DNA of 64,000 nucleotides from Promethearchaeota archaeon (GCA_048939245.1 JBHLPR010000003.1:17895-81894); one strand, 5' to 3'; counted from the stretch's first letter, positions 37,586 to 48,584 are shown. Notes: a model not told the origin generated them from the letters alone. Translations and numbers: made by a program.

Positions 37586-38875
37586 TCACGCTTTTTTCTT
37601 TCGAACCTCAGCAAGGATTTCTTGGGCTCGATCAAATCGAACACGTTTTTCAGCAATCATCTGCTTTGCAACTTGGTCAACTTCTTCACCCGCGGCTCCG
37701 GCTGCTACTGCCACATTTCGGGCATGAAGTTTCATGTGTCCAGTTTGAATTCCTTCTTGACTTAGCGCTCGTAAAGCCGCAAGGTTTTGTGCTAATCCCA
37801 CACTAGCAATAATCTGTGCGAGTTCAGTTGCTTTTTTCACACCTAATATTTTTACACAAAGCTTGGCTATTGGGTGGGTTCTGGTCGCTCCACCCACTAA
37901 TCCAACTGCCATTGGCAACTCGATGGTTCCCCGTAAATCACCTTCTGGCGTTTTATTGTACTGGGTAAGCGATTGATAACCTCCCTCTCGTGTTGCGGCG
38001 TAGGTATGGGCTCCCGCTTCAATAGCTCGGAAATCTTGACCAGTGGATAACAAGACGGCATCGATTCCATTCATGATGCCCTTATTATGAGTGGCACATC
38101 TGTAGGGGTCAGCCTGGGCAAAAGCGTAAGCCTTCAGGATCCCATCAACCCCCTTCGAACCGCCAAGAGTCTTGGCGGGGAATATTGCTTCGGCTTTCGC
38201 AAGTCGATAGACGGCTAGATTGGACAAAATTCGAAGGTAGACCTTCCCCTTTGTGAGCTCCTCGATTATGGGCGCTAATGCTTCACACATCGTATTCACT
38301 GCATTTGCCCCCATCGCGTCGCGCGTATCAACCAATAGATGAATAATAAGCATAGGGCCCATCATCGATTCCAAAGTTCGTAACTGTAAATCCAGTGCGC
38401 CTCCCCCAAATTTCACTAAGATAGGATCTTGTCTATTTGCCACCATTAACAAATTCTCTTTCTGTTTAAGAATCGCTTGTTTAGCAACTTTCACATCGGG
38501 TAAGTCGGCGACTTGGATTTGTCCTATCATCACTGGATCCGTGGTTCTTGCTGTAAATCCTCCAGTTTTACGCGCCATTCGTGCAGCATTTGATGCTGCC
38601 GCAACAACGGATGGTTCTTCCAATGCCATTGGTATGAGGTAGTCTTTTCCATTTATCTGGAAATTTGTCGCTATGCCCAAGGGAAACGCGTAGGAACCCA
38701 CTACGTTCTCAATCATCCGATCAGCGGTAGCTGCGTCTAGGCCACCAAAGGCCTTTAACAGAGCCACTTCCTCATCCGAAAGATCTGCAAAGGTACGAAG
38801 CTTTTCAAGCCGTTCTTGGATGGAGAGACGGTAGAATCCACTAATAGCGGAGGTTTTTTTTGACACGATATTCAC
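37586..38875 (-). CDS. hmgA: HMG-CoA reductase, class II
   Basis: ENVVG, EEPSVVAA, DAMGAN, THNKGIMNG, GHMKLH. Confidence 0.95.
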   Translation of the reverse strand: MNIVSKKTSAISGFYRLSIQERLEKLRTFADLSDEEVALLKAFGGLDAATADRMIENVVGSYAFPLGIATNFQINGKDYLIPMALEEPSVVAAASNAARMARKTGGFTARTTDPVMIGQIQVADLPDVKVAKQAILKQKENLLMVANRQDPILVKFGGGALDLQLRTLESMMGPMLIIHLLVDTRDAMGANAVNTMCEALAPIIEELTKGKVYLRILSNLAVYRLAKAEAIFPAKTLGGSKGVDGILKAYAFAQADPYRCATHNKGIMNGIDAVLLSTGQDFRAIEAGAHTYAATREGGYQSLTQYNKTPEGDLRGTIELPMAVGLVGGATRTHPIAKLCVKILGVKKATELAQIIASVGLAQNLAALRALSQEGIQTGHMKLHARNVAVAAGAAGEEVDQVAKQMIAEKRVRFDRAQEILAEVRKKKA

Positions 38876-38970
38876 TTCATCGTGTCTCTGCTATGGGTTG
38901 ACTTATCAAACTTTCTTCCTGTGCTACAGAATCAACTTATTCAGAGAATGTCGATGAACGAGAAAGGTTT

Positions 38971-39480
38971 CTATTTTTCTCGGAGTTCCCAAATACAAGA
39001 ATCTGCGCCCCAGGTTTTGCACTGAACCTCTTCGCATTCACTACTAAACCCGCGGAGTGTGAGTACGTGTTGAAATACACCACTTAGAATATTGCAATAC
39101 TTCAATCCATCAAATTCCTCAGACATCCGAATATTTTGACAGATTGGGCAGTCTTTGAAGATGTAGACGATTTTCCTTTCGGCTTCATCATAATATGCCT
39201 CATCGAAGGCTCTGCCCAACATTACTCGCGTTGCAAGGGTAAAGGTATCAAGGAAACCATCAAAGGTAGTGGCATGCTGGCCAATAGTATCGCTATATTC
39301 AAATAGTAAAGTCTCAGCCATGGCATTGCCTAAGCGTAGTAGCTTCTCATTTGCGAGGTTAACGTCGCCTTTAGTCGTAAGCAAAATGTCGTCAATCACT
39401 GCTGCAACCAAAGCTTGGAATGCATTAAGTGAGGTTTTTTCCATCTTAAAATGCCAACCGATCCAACCTTTGACACCCAT
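38971..39480 (-). CDS. V4R domain protein
   Basis: DCPIC...YCNILSGVF...EVQCKTWGADSC. Confidence 0.82.
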   Translation of the reverse strand: MGVKGWIGWHFKMEKTSLNAFQALVAAVIDDILLTTKGDVNLANEKLLRLGNAMAETLLFEYSDTIGQHATTFDGFLDTFTLATRVMLGRAFDEAYYDEAERKIVYIFKDCPICQNIRMSEEFDGLKYCNILSGVFQHVLTLRGFSSECEEVQCKTWGADSCIWELREK

Positions 39481-39545
39481 TTAATTCACCACATATTTGT
39501 TCTTCACAATTAGCGTTATCAATCATTCGTTCATGGGGTTTGGTA

Positions 39546-40031
39546 CTAAACACGTTTTTCGAAATCTACAAGACCCCGCTTTTGCAGGTCTAAAAGCATC
39601 CGCATGGCAATGAAAAACTGTAATCCCATTTTTTCTCCAATCTCTTGGAGGGTTGCTTTTCCATCACATAAACTAAGCATACGAAATTCTGTAATCGACA
39701 GTTTCTGCTTCTCCAAATCGGCAATAACCCGAGGGACAATTCGTCGGCTTTTTGTTCCCACCATGGGGGGTCTTGTTGGAGGTGCTGGTTGAGGTACAGC
39801 ACCGGGTTGGGCTTTTGTTATTTCTACCTCATTTGCTGCATGAATCTCAGATACTTCATGACCCCGTTCGACAAGATCCTGATCTAGGTAAATGGTGATG
39901 ACATGGGACGGCTCACCATGAACATATGAATAGGGGAATGGAAAGACTGTTTGTCGCTCAATGATATCCGGCGGGACGTCTATCGCAATGTATGCCTTAC
40001 ACATCTCACAATAGGTGTAAACGACTGGCAT
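39546..40031 (-). CDS. Hypothetical protein: Zn-binding N-terminus and C-terminal winged helix
   Basis: CEMC...YVHG..H motif; LCDGKATLQEI...LQKRGLV. Confidence 0.72.
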   Translation of the reverse strand: MPVVYTYCEMCKAYIAIDVPPDIIERQTVFPFPYSYVHGEPSHVITIYLDQDLVERGHEVSEIHAANEVEITKAQPGAVPQPAPPTRPPMVGTKSRRIVPRVIADLEKQKLSITEFRMLSLCDGKATLQEIGEKMGLQFFIAMRMLLDLQKRGLVDFEKRV

Positions 40032-40158
40032 CGACGAGCTCCCAGGATTTTTACCGAGTATATAGCACAAGAACCGTTCTTAACGTTTCCTTCTAAAATA
40101 CTTTAAGTCGGTAGAAATTCCAGTAAATCTTGAAAGTGCAAGAAGACGAATGCTCGTA

Positions 40159-41454
40159 TTAATCAGTTGCATAGACAGCAATTTTATTGGCATCATGAAA
40201 GACGTGGATTTTCGATGCAGAATCATTTTCGAGCCACATATCAACAATCTTCTGTGGCTTTGTTACATAAGAAATATGAGCCGTTTCCACTTGTGTTTGA
40301 TTTAGCGTGGTGTATAGCCAAATATGACGTAATCGCTGAATGAGCTCACCAAATTTCCAGCTCTTGTGAGTGTATAGGCGGTACTGTTTTCGAATTTTCG
40401 CCATCATTTCTGGAAGGGGCATAATGAGATAATCATAGAAGAATTCGCGAGCCGTTGGAGTCGGAGCAATCCCCTTTGGGCATTCAGCTAAAAGAAGCAC
40501 TTCTCCATTATCACGAACCGCGTTCTTAGTGAGTTCAAGTCCCCGTTGTGCATTATATAGACTCTCGTCTTGGGGACTTCCCCCTGGAGTGACAATGATA
40601 TGATCTGTCGCTGGGACGGTAAAAGAGGCCGTTTTGTCAATGGTCTGGAATCCTTCACTAGTGACTCGTTGTAATTCACCACTTTTCGACCATATGATAT
40701 AGGGTCCGCTAGTCACCATTGCCAGAAGAAACGCTGGTCGGTCAGTCAGAATCATATTCATTCCTTCTAGCATATCCTCGGCTACTGGATTTGTTCGACG
40801 GTTCGGGTTGGGGTGAAACGGATGTCGGCCAAATGTGGATTCGGGTTCTAAAGCGAGGCTATGGTTGGCTTCAATTGTATTAAAATCACAAATGCCTGGC
40901 AAGAAGTTCTTGAGAACATTAGAGTATCCGGCAAAATAATGATTCTTCATATCTGCTGCGATAACAAACGCGTCGGTTTCAAGCGCTTCTTTATTAACAC
41001 GAACCTCTGTTCCACGACTAGTGGTACCCATAAGCTCACATGGTGATCGAAGGGCGTCATGAACTATGACACGATAGCTGTCAAGATCATTAGTTTTACA
41101 GCTGCTATGAATCGCTTGAATAATTTCTTGATTGCGCGCGCTATGAGGTTCATGCGAACCTGTTGCTAATATGAAGTTAACAGCCTTTGCACTCTTGAAG
41201 TGCGGGGTTAGTTCTTTGAGGATGATTTCGTGAGGTTCTGCTCGTGTTCCATCTTCTACTAAAACACACACGCGACGATTTGCTACAGTTTCTGCGAGAG
41301 AAATACCGATTGGTGTCTCGAGGGAGGTTCGAAGGGATCCCGCAATATCTTTCGATGCATCCTGCTTGCGTGGTTGAATAACCTCACCAATATTTTCATC
41401 AGGGATTTGTAACTGGATATTTCCTTGACCATAACGAAGTTGAAGCTCTGGCAT
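40159..41454 (-). CDS. larA: LarA-family nickel-pincer racemase/epimerase
   Basis: D.TR, ATGSH, GTTSRGT, HYFAGYS..KNFLPG, NH, ECPKG. Confidence 0.85.
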   Translation of the reverse strand: MPELQLRYGQGNIQLQIPDENIGEVIQPRKQDASKDIAGSLRTSLETPIGISLAETVANRRVCVLVEDGTRAEPHEIILKELTPHFKSAKAVNFILATGSHEPHSARNQEIIQAIHSSCKTNDLDSYRVIVHDALRSPCELMGTTSRGTEVRVNKEALETDAFVIAADMKNHYFAGYSNVLKNFLPGICDFNTIEANHSLALEPESTFGRHPFHPNPNRRTNPVAEDMLEGMNMILTDRPAFLLAMVTSGPYIIWSKSGELQRVTSEGFQTIDKTASFTVPATDHIIVTPGGSPQDESLYNAQRGLELTKNAVRDNGEVLLLAECPKGIAPTPTAREFFYDYLIMPLPEMMAKIRKQYRLYTHKSWKFGELIQRLRHIWLYTTLNQTQVETAHISYVTKPQKIVDMWLENDSASKIHVFHDANKIAVYATD

Positions 41455-41460
41455 AAGCTC

Positions 41461-43017
41461 TCAGGTGTCCAGTGCGCTCAGTTGTGAAAAAACCTTTGCC
41501 TTATCTAAGGCTTGGTAAGTCGCCGTTTGAACCCGATAGAGTTTATCGTAGCGTTTCGCGAGGGCCTTCGAAGGTTGATAGTGCTCTCCAACTGCGATCA
41601 TCGCCTCAGCTGCCTGACTAACATCCCGATAGATGCCGCCGCCGGTGGCGGCAAGAACAGCTGCTCCTAAGGCCGTTGCTTCTTCTATTTGGCTTCGTTG
41701 GACTTGCAATTGAGTGATATCTGATTGAATCTGATTCCAGATTGTGCTGCGAGTTGCTCCACCTGTCAATCGTAGCTCTTTCACCTTAATCCCTAAACTC
41801 TGCATAGTTTCAAGGTTACGGCGAACTTCAAACGCGGTTCCTTCCATAATTGCCCTAATGATATCTGAACGTGAATGGCCTAAGGCGAGCCCAGTAATTA
41901 CACCGCGTGCCTCTGGATTCCAATATGGAGCCCCTGCACCCACAAAATGCGGTAAGATCACAATCCCTCTTGCTCCTGGCGGAGACTGGCTTGCTTGATT
42001 ATTCATGAGCTCATAAGCATCTGAATCCAATAATTTGGCTAGCTGTTTCTCTTCTTGCCCAAACTGATCTCGGAACCAGCGATAGATAATACCGGTGGTG
42101 AAAATACTTGCTTCGATCACCCAGCGGTCAGGAACAGCATGGCAACTACATAAGAGACGGTGTTGTGGGTCAAAAAGGGGCTGTTTTTCAAAGGCTAGAA
42201 TAAAGGTTCCAGTTCCAATGGTGGCTTTCACACGGCCTGGTTTGACTACGCCTACACCCACTGCTCCACATTGTTGATCGCCACCTCCTACAATGACAGG
42301 CAATCCTTTGGGAAGTCCTGTGGTTTTTGCTGCACTATTAGTAATTTCAGAAAGGTTTGTACCTGATGGATACGCTTTTGGAAGTTTCTCTTTCGGGATT
42401 TCAAGCTGGTCACACATCAAATTAGACCAGTCTAATTTTTGAACCGAAAAGAGCATTGTTCGTGAAGCGTTACTATAATCTGTTGCAAATTCTCCTGTTA
42501 ATCGATGTAGAATAAAATCGTGTACCAGGAGGAATTTGTGAGTTTTTTGAAAGAGTTGAGGTGTTTCATGTTTGAACCAGAGAATCTTTGGTGCGGAAAA
42601 ATAGGGGTCGATGGTTAAGCCGGTCTCATTATACACCGTATCAATTCCAAGTTCACTCCGAATTTTCTGGCATTGGGGGGTTGTTCGTCGATCCTGCCAT
42701 ACCAGCGCTTTATGAAGTGGGGTTCCGTGTTGATCTACGGGAACTATGGTCTCGCGTTGATTCGTGATACTTACGGCTATGAGGGCATCAACCTTTTTGC
42801 CAAGGTGGCTTACAGTGGCTTGAGTGGTGCTGCAGGTGGTTTGCCACCAATCCTCTGCATTCTGTTCTACCCATGCTGGACGGGGGAAAAACGAAGAATA
42901 TTCCTGGTGGGTCTGTGTAATGAGTGCTCCTGTCTTTGCATCGAATACGGCGGTTCGAGTCCCACTCGTACCCACATCAATCGCCATCACAAGCTGTGAA
43001 TTGGTCAACCTGAACAC
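41461..43017 (-). CDS. FGGY carbohydrate kinase (xylulokinase-like)
   Basis: IDVGTSG, TNQRET, WQDRR, ASRTML, GGGDQ, TIGTG. Confidence 0.92.
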   Translation of the reverse strand: MFRLTNSQLVMAIDVGTSGTRTAVFDAKTGALITQTHQEYSSFFPRPAWVEQNAEDWWQTTCSTTQATVSHLGKKVDALIAVSITNQRETIVPVDQHGTPLHKALVWQDRRTTPQCQKIRSELGIDTVYNETGLTIDPYFSAPKILWFKHETPQLFQKTHKFLLVHDFILHRLTGEFATDYSNASRTMLFSVQKLDWSNLMCDQLEIPKEKLPKAYPSGTNLSEITNSAAKTTGLPKGLPVIVGGGDQQCGAVGVGVVKPGRVKATIGTGTFILAFEKQPLFDPQHRLLCSCHAVPDRWVIEASIFTTGIIYRWFRDQFGQEEKQLAKLLDSDAYELMNNQASQSPPGARGIVILPHFVGAGAPYWNPEARGVITGLALGHSRSDIIRAIMEGTAFEVRRNLETMQSLGIKVKELRLTGGATRSTIWNQIQSDITQLQVQRSQIEEATALGAAVLAATGGGIYRDVSQAAEAMIAVGEHYQPSKALAKRYDKLYRVQTATYQALDKAKVFSQLSALDT

Positions 43018-43096
43018 ACCATCTTACCCTGCTCTGTTAAAAGATATAACTTGTATTGGCCCCGAACCACCCACAGGTTTATGTCTACTCATGTGA

Positions 43097-43882
43097 TTGG
43101 CTTGTTTAACAGGTGTCTGTTCGTTGATAAGCAACCAAATCCAACAGGCCGCTGAGATAATTATTCGTTCAAGGTCCGCTGTTGCCCTTACTGGTGCAGG
43201 GGTGTCAACGAGAAGCGGGATTCCAGATTTTCGTGGTCCAACTGGTCTTTGGACGAAAGTTAATCCTGCAAAATTTGCTAGTATAGACGGATTCATGAAT
43301 GATCCCAAGGCTTGGTGGGAAATGGCATTAGAGTTGGCACCTACATTTATGAATGCTAAGCCAAACCCCGCTCATTTGAAATTAGCAGAGCTCGAGAAAA
43401 TGGGTTTCTTGGACTGGGTTATTACACAGAATGTAGATGGGTTACATCAACAGGCAGGAAGCCAAAATGTGCTTGAAGTCCACGGAAGCCTATTTAGTGG
43501 CACATGTACTCTCTGTTGTTATCAAGTGGACCGTAAGTTCTTAGAAAAAGCCATGAAAAAACGGCAAATCCCGGTAATGTGTCCTAGTTGTGGTGGGTTA
43601 GTGAAGTTAGATGCAGTGTTTTTTGGCGAAGCTTTACCGCAAAAAGAATTAGCCACTGCCATTGAATCCGTGCGAAAGTGCCAGTTAATGTTAGCAGTAG
43701 GTTCGTACTTAGTTGTCTATCCTGTTGCTTCTCTTCCCACAATCGCCCAGCAAAGTGGGGCGCAGCTCATTATTATTAATCAGGAACCTACTCCCTTTGA
43801 TTCGGTTGCCAATCTTGTTTTTACGGCTGAGGCTGGAGAAACCTTATCCGCTATTGTGGAGGCAGTTCGAAAACTCAAATGA
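43097..43882 (+). CDS. cobB: Sir2-family NAD-dependent deacylase
   Basis: GAGVS..SGIPDFRG, TQNVDGLH, HGS, two CxxC. Confidence 0.95.
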   Translation: MACLTGVCSLISNQIQQAAEIIIRSRSAVALTGAGVSTRSGIPDFRGPTGLWTKVNPAKFASIDGFMNDPKAWWEMALELAPTFMNAKPNPAHLKLAELEKMGFLDWVITQNVDGLHQQAGSQNVLEVHGSLFSGTCTLCCYQVDRKFLEKAMKKRQIPVMCPSCGGLVKLDAVFFGEALPQKELATAIESVRKCQLMLAVGSYLVVYPVASLPTIAQQSGAQLIIINQEPTPFDSVANLVFTAEAGETLSAIVEAVRKLK

Positions 43883-43887
43883 ATTTA

Positions 43888-45612
43888 TTATCGACGTAAC
43901 TGATATTGGGTTTGATGATTGGCATACTGCATTTCTCGAGGAACATCCTCGCTTCCTGGAACAACAGGTAATAGGCTTAATTGCCTTGTACGCCGCTCTT
44001 TGATGCTTGTAGGTAATTCTCCGCCTTTCGGATGCTCAAAGGGCAGCAAGAAACGGTAGTCTTTGCCTAAAATTCCTGAAATTCGCGTAAGCATACGTTT
44101 TGATCGTCCCCCATGTTTATGCCGATAATAAGTTAGGTAAAGAAATCCACCGATGAGCTTTACCATTTGGCGGTTTATCCATGTATTCTTGATGTCACCA
44201 AGCCACGCATCGCGCCAGTGATGGAGGTTGTGATCCCAGCATTCAATGAATATTTCCCATTGTAACTCGGTTAAACGGCTAAGGTTCAAGGTCTTTTCTT
44301 GTCGCAATGCACAATCTTCAAGGGAGACGAAGAATAGGGGTACAAAGAACGTCTTATACCGTCGCATTCGATGAATTAAATCGAGGGTCAGCAAGACATC
44401 CTCTTCTTTTTCTTTCGGCAAACCCGTAACCAAAGTGCACAAAGGCACCCAATTGGCATCATTGAGAATACCGTACGCTTCACACACGATTTCGGGCCAC
44501 TCACTCACATTATATGGTAAGGCTTTCCCACGCATGTGTTCTTGCATTAATCGTGGGCTACCCGTTTCCACACCCACTTCTACTGTGACCACAGGGTTGC
44601 CCTTGTACTGGTAACGACATTTATCACCGATTATCTCTGTAATTTGATGAACCATTTCAGGTTCTATTATGGCTGGAGCTAAAGAGGCATGCGCGGTTTG
44701 AATGTAATCAACGCCTGGCTCGTTAACGACCGCTTTATAAACTCCGAGGACAGCGTCACGATTAGGTAGGAATCGTTCTTTGGAGCCGTATAAGAAGACA
44801 TCATCGGTGTTTAATAGAATCATGTCAGCGCCACAGCTGATATTGGCGCGGACTTCTTGGAGAATTTTGTCGATTGAGAAATTGCGTCGATACTTCATTG
44901 TGGGTGAACAGAACTGGCATCCTCGACCACACCCTCTCGATATTTCAACTGCGCCATAAACTGCTCCCTTTTTGATAGGAACGATATCCTCATCGGCTGG
45001 TCGCTTCGCTCTTACTATGGGAGGTAATTTATCACCGCGAATGGCTTTTTCGAATAATTGGGCAGCAGTACTCTCTGCTTCTCCCATTACAATGCAGTCG
45101 AGTCCGAATTTTTCACGGAGTTTCGGATTCTTCAGTTGCCAGGATCCAGCACCTCCCAGAATGCGAGGAACCTTATAACGGTTAAGCGAGGAATTCTGAG
45201 ATAGCCGCCAAAATTCTAATCCAGTAGCGGGCACATACCCAAGGCCGGTCAACGAAGTATACGTCACGCTAACATAGGCCATCCCTAATGGATCCATACT
45301 TGATAAGCCAACTACTTTGGTTTTTGGACCCATCACATGGTTCAGTTGATTTGGATGAACAGTAATAACATCCTCGTCATCGAAGCCATTCTCCAATAGA
45401 ACCGCTTCGATTTTCCGTAGACCATAGGGGGCAAAAGGTGCTGAGTGATCAGTATTTGGTTTGTCTGGTTTATACATACGTCTTAGTAGGAACTTAGGGA
45501 ATAGTCGGCCAGGAAATCCACCTGCAAATGCCATGAATGGATCAGCATCCCATCCAGCCATTTCAGCCACTGATGCAGTTAGAACAACTTTCTTGCCACC
45601 GTTTTTTCCCAT
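43888..45612 (-). CDS. B12-binding-domain radical SAM protein
   Basis: APYGLRKIEA, GEAE, SRGCGRGCQFC, GVETGS. Confidence 0.9.
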   Translation of the reverse strand: MGKNGGKKVVLTASVAEMAGWDADPFMAFAGGFPGRLFPKFLLRRMYKPDKPNTDHSAPFAPYGLRKIEAVLLENGFDDEDVITVHPNQLNHVMGPKTKVVGLSSMDPLGMAYVSVTYTSLTGLGYVPATGLEFWRLSQNSSLNRYKVPRILGGAGSWQLKNPKLREKFGLDCIVMGEAESTAAQLFEKAIRGDKLPPIVRAKRPADEDIVPIKKGAVYGAVEISRGCGRGCQFCSPTMKYRRNFSIDKILQEVRANISCGADMILLNTDDVFLYGSKERFLPNRDAVLGVYKAVVNEPGVDYIQTAHASLAPAIIEPEMVHQITEIIGDKCRYQYKGNPVVTVEVGVETGSPRLMQEHMRGKALPYNVSEWPEIVCEAYGILNDANWVPLCTLVTGLPKEKEEDVLLTLDLIHRMRRYKTFFVPLFFVSLEDCALRQEKTLNLSRLTELQWEIFIECWDHNLHHWRDAWLGDIKNTWINRQMVKLIGGFLYLTYYRHKHGGRSKRMLTRISGILGKDYRFLLPFEHPKGGELPTSIKERRTRQLSLLPVVPGSEDVPREMQYANHQTQYQLRR

Positions 45613-45771
45613 CGTATCATCTCATGGAAGCTATGAACACTATCTCAGCTGTTAATCATAAAATGGTGAGTTAGTTCTCGGCGATTTCAAGCTTATTATG
45701 TTTTTCGCCACTTTCTATGCTCCTTCCATCCTATCCTTATAAATGGCTCCTGAAAAGGTGTTTTTAGATTA

Positions 45772-47145
45772 TCATTGGGTTGCGGCGGTCATGGGCACAT
45801 CTTTGACACGTACGAAAGGAATGATTGTTGGTGTTTCAACTTCCCACCATTGAACCTGTCGGGATGATTTGCCTAACGCTTCAATATTGGCATATATTCG
45901 TAGCAGATTATCTGAGATACGGAGCTTTTGAACCGGTTGGCTAATTTCACCCTTTTCGATTAGGAACATTCCGTCTCGTGGAATCGTTGAGAACGTGCCT
46001 TCGAGTTGATTTGTATATCGTAAGTACCAATTTGACGTCACATAAATCGTCGGTCTCTGAGGTTCTAATAGCTCTTCAAAGGAAGCATCACCTTCAGAAA
46101 AGACAACATTGGTTGGCGCTGGAACAAGCAGTTTTGAGCCCATTCCAAAGCTAACAAGTTGGCAATTACCGGTGCTCTTTGTCTGTAACATCTGGGCTGT
46201 TGATGCATTATGAACAACCCCTTGAAGCGTACCCTCCACAAAAATTGGCGATTTTTGCGTGGGAGTACCTTCAAAATCGAAAGGTGCACTCGCCAATCCA
46301 TTAGGCAATCGTCCGTCATCCCATATGCTCACTGAATCGGGAGCTAATTTCTCTCCGATTTTGTCTTTCAATGGGCTCATTCCGAGCATCATCAATATTG
46401 GATTAGCTGACTCTGCAAGGCTGCCTAACACTGATGCTGCCACCGTCGGATGCAAGATTAAGTCGTAAGTACCAGCCTTTCCCTGCTTACCTCCCTGGGC
46501 AAGTTTCGCAATCTCGCCTGATTCCTGACCTGCTTGTGAAATCTGTTTTTCAATCTTATCCAAAGTCCGCCCTACTACAACTCCTTGCCCGGAACTTTCG
46601 GCATCGACAAAACTTCGCAACGTAATTCGATAAGACGATGTAAGATAATTTCCGCTAAAGCCTTGTGACGTCTCTAATAAATAGCGTTTTTCATCGAAGA
46701 AAAACGACCCAGCTATTCGCTTTGCACCAGCCTTTTGTGCGCGATGTACTGCCGCGGTCATTATATCAGGAGCTTTCGAAGGGAAATCACGAATTCCTTT
46801 ATCATATAGTTGATCTACCTTCGTTGGCGGTTGAATTTCCTCCTGTAACCCTGAAAACATCGGCGTTGGCTGCAGACCTCGAACAAACTTAGTCAAACGC
46901 TTCAATTCAGCATCAAGTGTTTTCTTTTTCGGATTATAGATCTCTGTGGTTCCTATTCGCCCATCAATCGCAACAAACGCTTCTAGCACGGTATACTTCC
47001 ACTGTTTGAAAATATCAATCTCAGAATTACTAACTCGAATCTGATGCTCCAATACTTCTCGGCCTTGAACGACGGCTTCGCCTTCAGCTGAAGCAAACTT
47101 TAACGCCTGATTAACAATCTCTTGTAAATTCTCCTGCTTAGTCAT
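45772..47145 (-). CDS. pmbA: TldE/PmbA family protein
   Basis: PFDFEGTP, STGN; adjacent to tldD; lacks HExxxH. Confidence 0.88.
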   Translation of the reverse strand: MTKQENLQEIVNQALKFASAEGEAVVQGREVLEHQIRVSNSEIDIFKQWKYTVLEAFVAIDGRIGTTEIYNPKKKTLDAELKRLTKFVRGLQPTPMFSGLQEEIQPPTKVDQLYDKGIRDFPSKAPDIMTAAVHRAQKAGAKRIAGSFFFDEKRYLLETSQGFSGNYLTSSYRITLRSFVDAESSGQGVVVGRTLDKIEKQISQAGQESGEIAKLAQGGKQGKAGTYDLILHPTVAASVLGSLAESANPILMMLGMSPLKDKIGEKLAPDSVSIWDDGRLPNGLASAPFDFEGTPTQKSPIFVEGTLQGVVHNASTAQMLQTKSTGNCQLVSFGMGSKLLVPAPTNVVFSEGDASFEELLEPQRPTIYVTSNWYLRYTNQLEGTFSTIPRDGMFLIEKGEISQPVQKLRISDNLLRIYANIEALGKSSRQVQWWEVETPTIIPFVRVKDVPMTAATQ

Positions 47146-47147
47146 CT

Positions 47148-48584
47148 TTACACACCCCCTAAGCGAATTCCACGCAATCTTACCGCATCCGGACCTGCTG
47201 TCCAAACCGGAACCCCCTGAGCTGGATCCGATTTCCCACAAATCGACTGCCAAGCTTCGAACCCTTTCGAACACGCATCAATTGCCTCAAATAATGCACG
47301 AGAGGTAATCTCTAATGCTGGTCTCCGAACAAGCTTGTCGGTGAGCTTACCATCCTTTATCACTCGGGCATATGATCCCACATATTTCGACTGATACCGC
47401 CGATCATCGATATTCCACTCGGTGAAGCTGTACATGTATATGCCTGTTTTGACATCTTCGACGATTTCATCGAAGGTGTAGTCGCCTGGGGCGATGTAGG
47501 TGTTGGACATCCGGGGGATTGGTTCGCGGTTATAGTGTTCAGCTCGGGATGCCCCGTTTGATTGGGTGCCCGCGTGACCGGCTGATAGTCGGTCGTGAAG
47601 CATTTCATTGACGATGCCTTGTTTGATAAGGTAACGTGGGCGTGCTTTGACGCCTTCGTCATCGTAGAGGTAGAATCCGCCACTTTTCGGGAGCGTGGGG
47701 TCATCGATGACAGTCACTGCTGGGTTTCCAATTTGGGTTGTGCCCACCTCGATGTCCATCCAGAAGGATTCACCGGCGTTCATTCCCTCGCGACCTTGAA
47801 TTCGGTCAGCTTCGGAAGGATGTCCACAATTTTCATGAGCGATAATCCCGGCGACTTCGGGGCCAACGACGACATCGATTGGTTTATCAAAAGTAATTTT
47901 TTCAGCTTTGTCCACAATTTCCTTCAGATCTTTTGCTTCTTGAATGAGAGTCTGGATGAAGTCAGGTGATTCAAGGAATTCCCAGCCAGCTGATTCACCG
48001 TGAGACAAATAACGCTGTTCGGTGCCTTTGGTTCCTTGAACTGTAAGAATTGAACCATATCGAACGAGACTGTGATCTGATTCTATTTGGGTTCCTTCAT
48101 TATTGGCGAAATATTTCTTCTGCGTCTCTAAAGCTGCAACGATAACTCGATAGGGAAGGCTCTTTTCATCCAAAGTTTCTTTGAGTTTTTTGTCTGCTTC
48201 GAGTACACGATTCAGCTTATCTTCAGAAGCGATATCCGCGAATGGTGTTTTAACTGGAACTTTCCATCTAGTTTGGATGCTGGGTTCTTCCGAGAGAACC
48301 AAGGGCGTTTTTCGCTTGGATGATTTCGCGAGTCGAATGGCGGTATCTACTGCCCGTTCAATTTCACGCTTGTCCAGTTTGGGGATAGCGACAAACCCGA
48401 TGCCACCGTTCGCTAGCGCACGGATTCCTATTCCCGCGGTCTCTGTCGTACCCGCTGCCAGAATATCACCATTTCGCGTACTATACCCTTCTTCTACAAA
48501 TTTTACGTAGCGGAGTTCAATGTATTTTGCGCCCTGAGCGCTGCCATACTCAACACCATGGTCTACCAAGTCATGAAATGTCAT
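47148..48584 (-). CDS. tldD: TldD metalloprotease
   Basis: HENCGH, DDPT, YDDEG, PRMSNTY, CGK. Confidence 0.93.
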   Translation of the reverse strand: MTFHDLVDHGVEYGSAQGAKYIELRYVKFVEEGYSTRNGDILAAGTTETAGIGIRALANGGIGFVAIPKLDKREIERAVDTAIRLAKSSKRKTPLVLSEEPSIQTRWKVPVKTPFADIASEDKLNRVLEADKKLKETLDEKSLPYRVIVAALETQKKYFANNEGTQIESDHSLVRYGSILTVQGTKGTEQRYLSHGESAGWEFLESPDFIQTLIQEAKDLKEIVDKAEKITFDKPIDVVVGPEVAGIIAHENCGHPSEADRIQGREGMNAGESFWMDIEVGTTQIGNPAVTVIDDPTLPKSGGFYLYDDEGVKARPRYLIKQGIVNEMLHDRLSAGHAGTQSNGASRAEHYNREPIPRMSNTYIAPGDYTFDEIVEDVKTGIYMYSFTEWNIDDRRYQSKYVGSYARVIKDGKLTDKLVRRPALEITSRALFEAIDACSKGFEAWQSICGKSDPAQGVPVWTAGPDAVRLRGIRLGGV

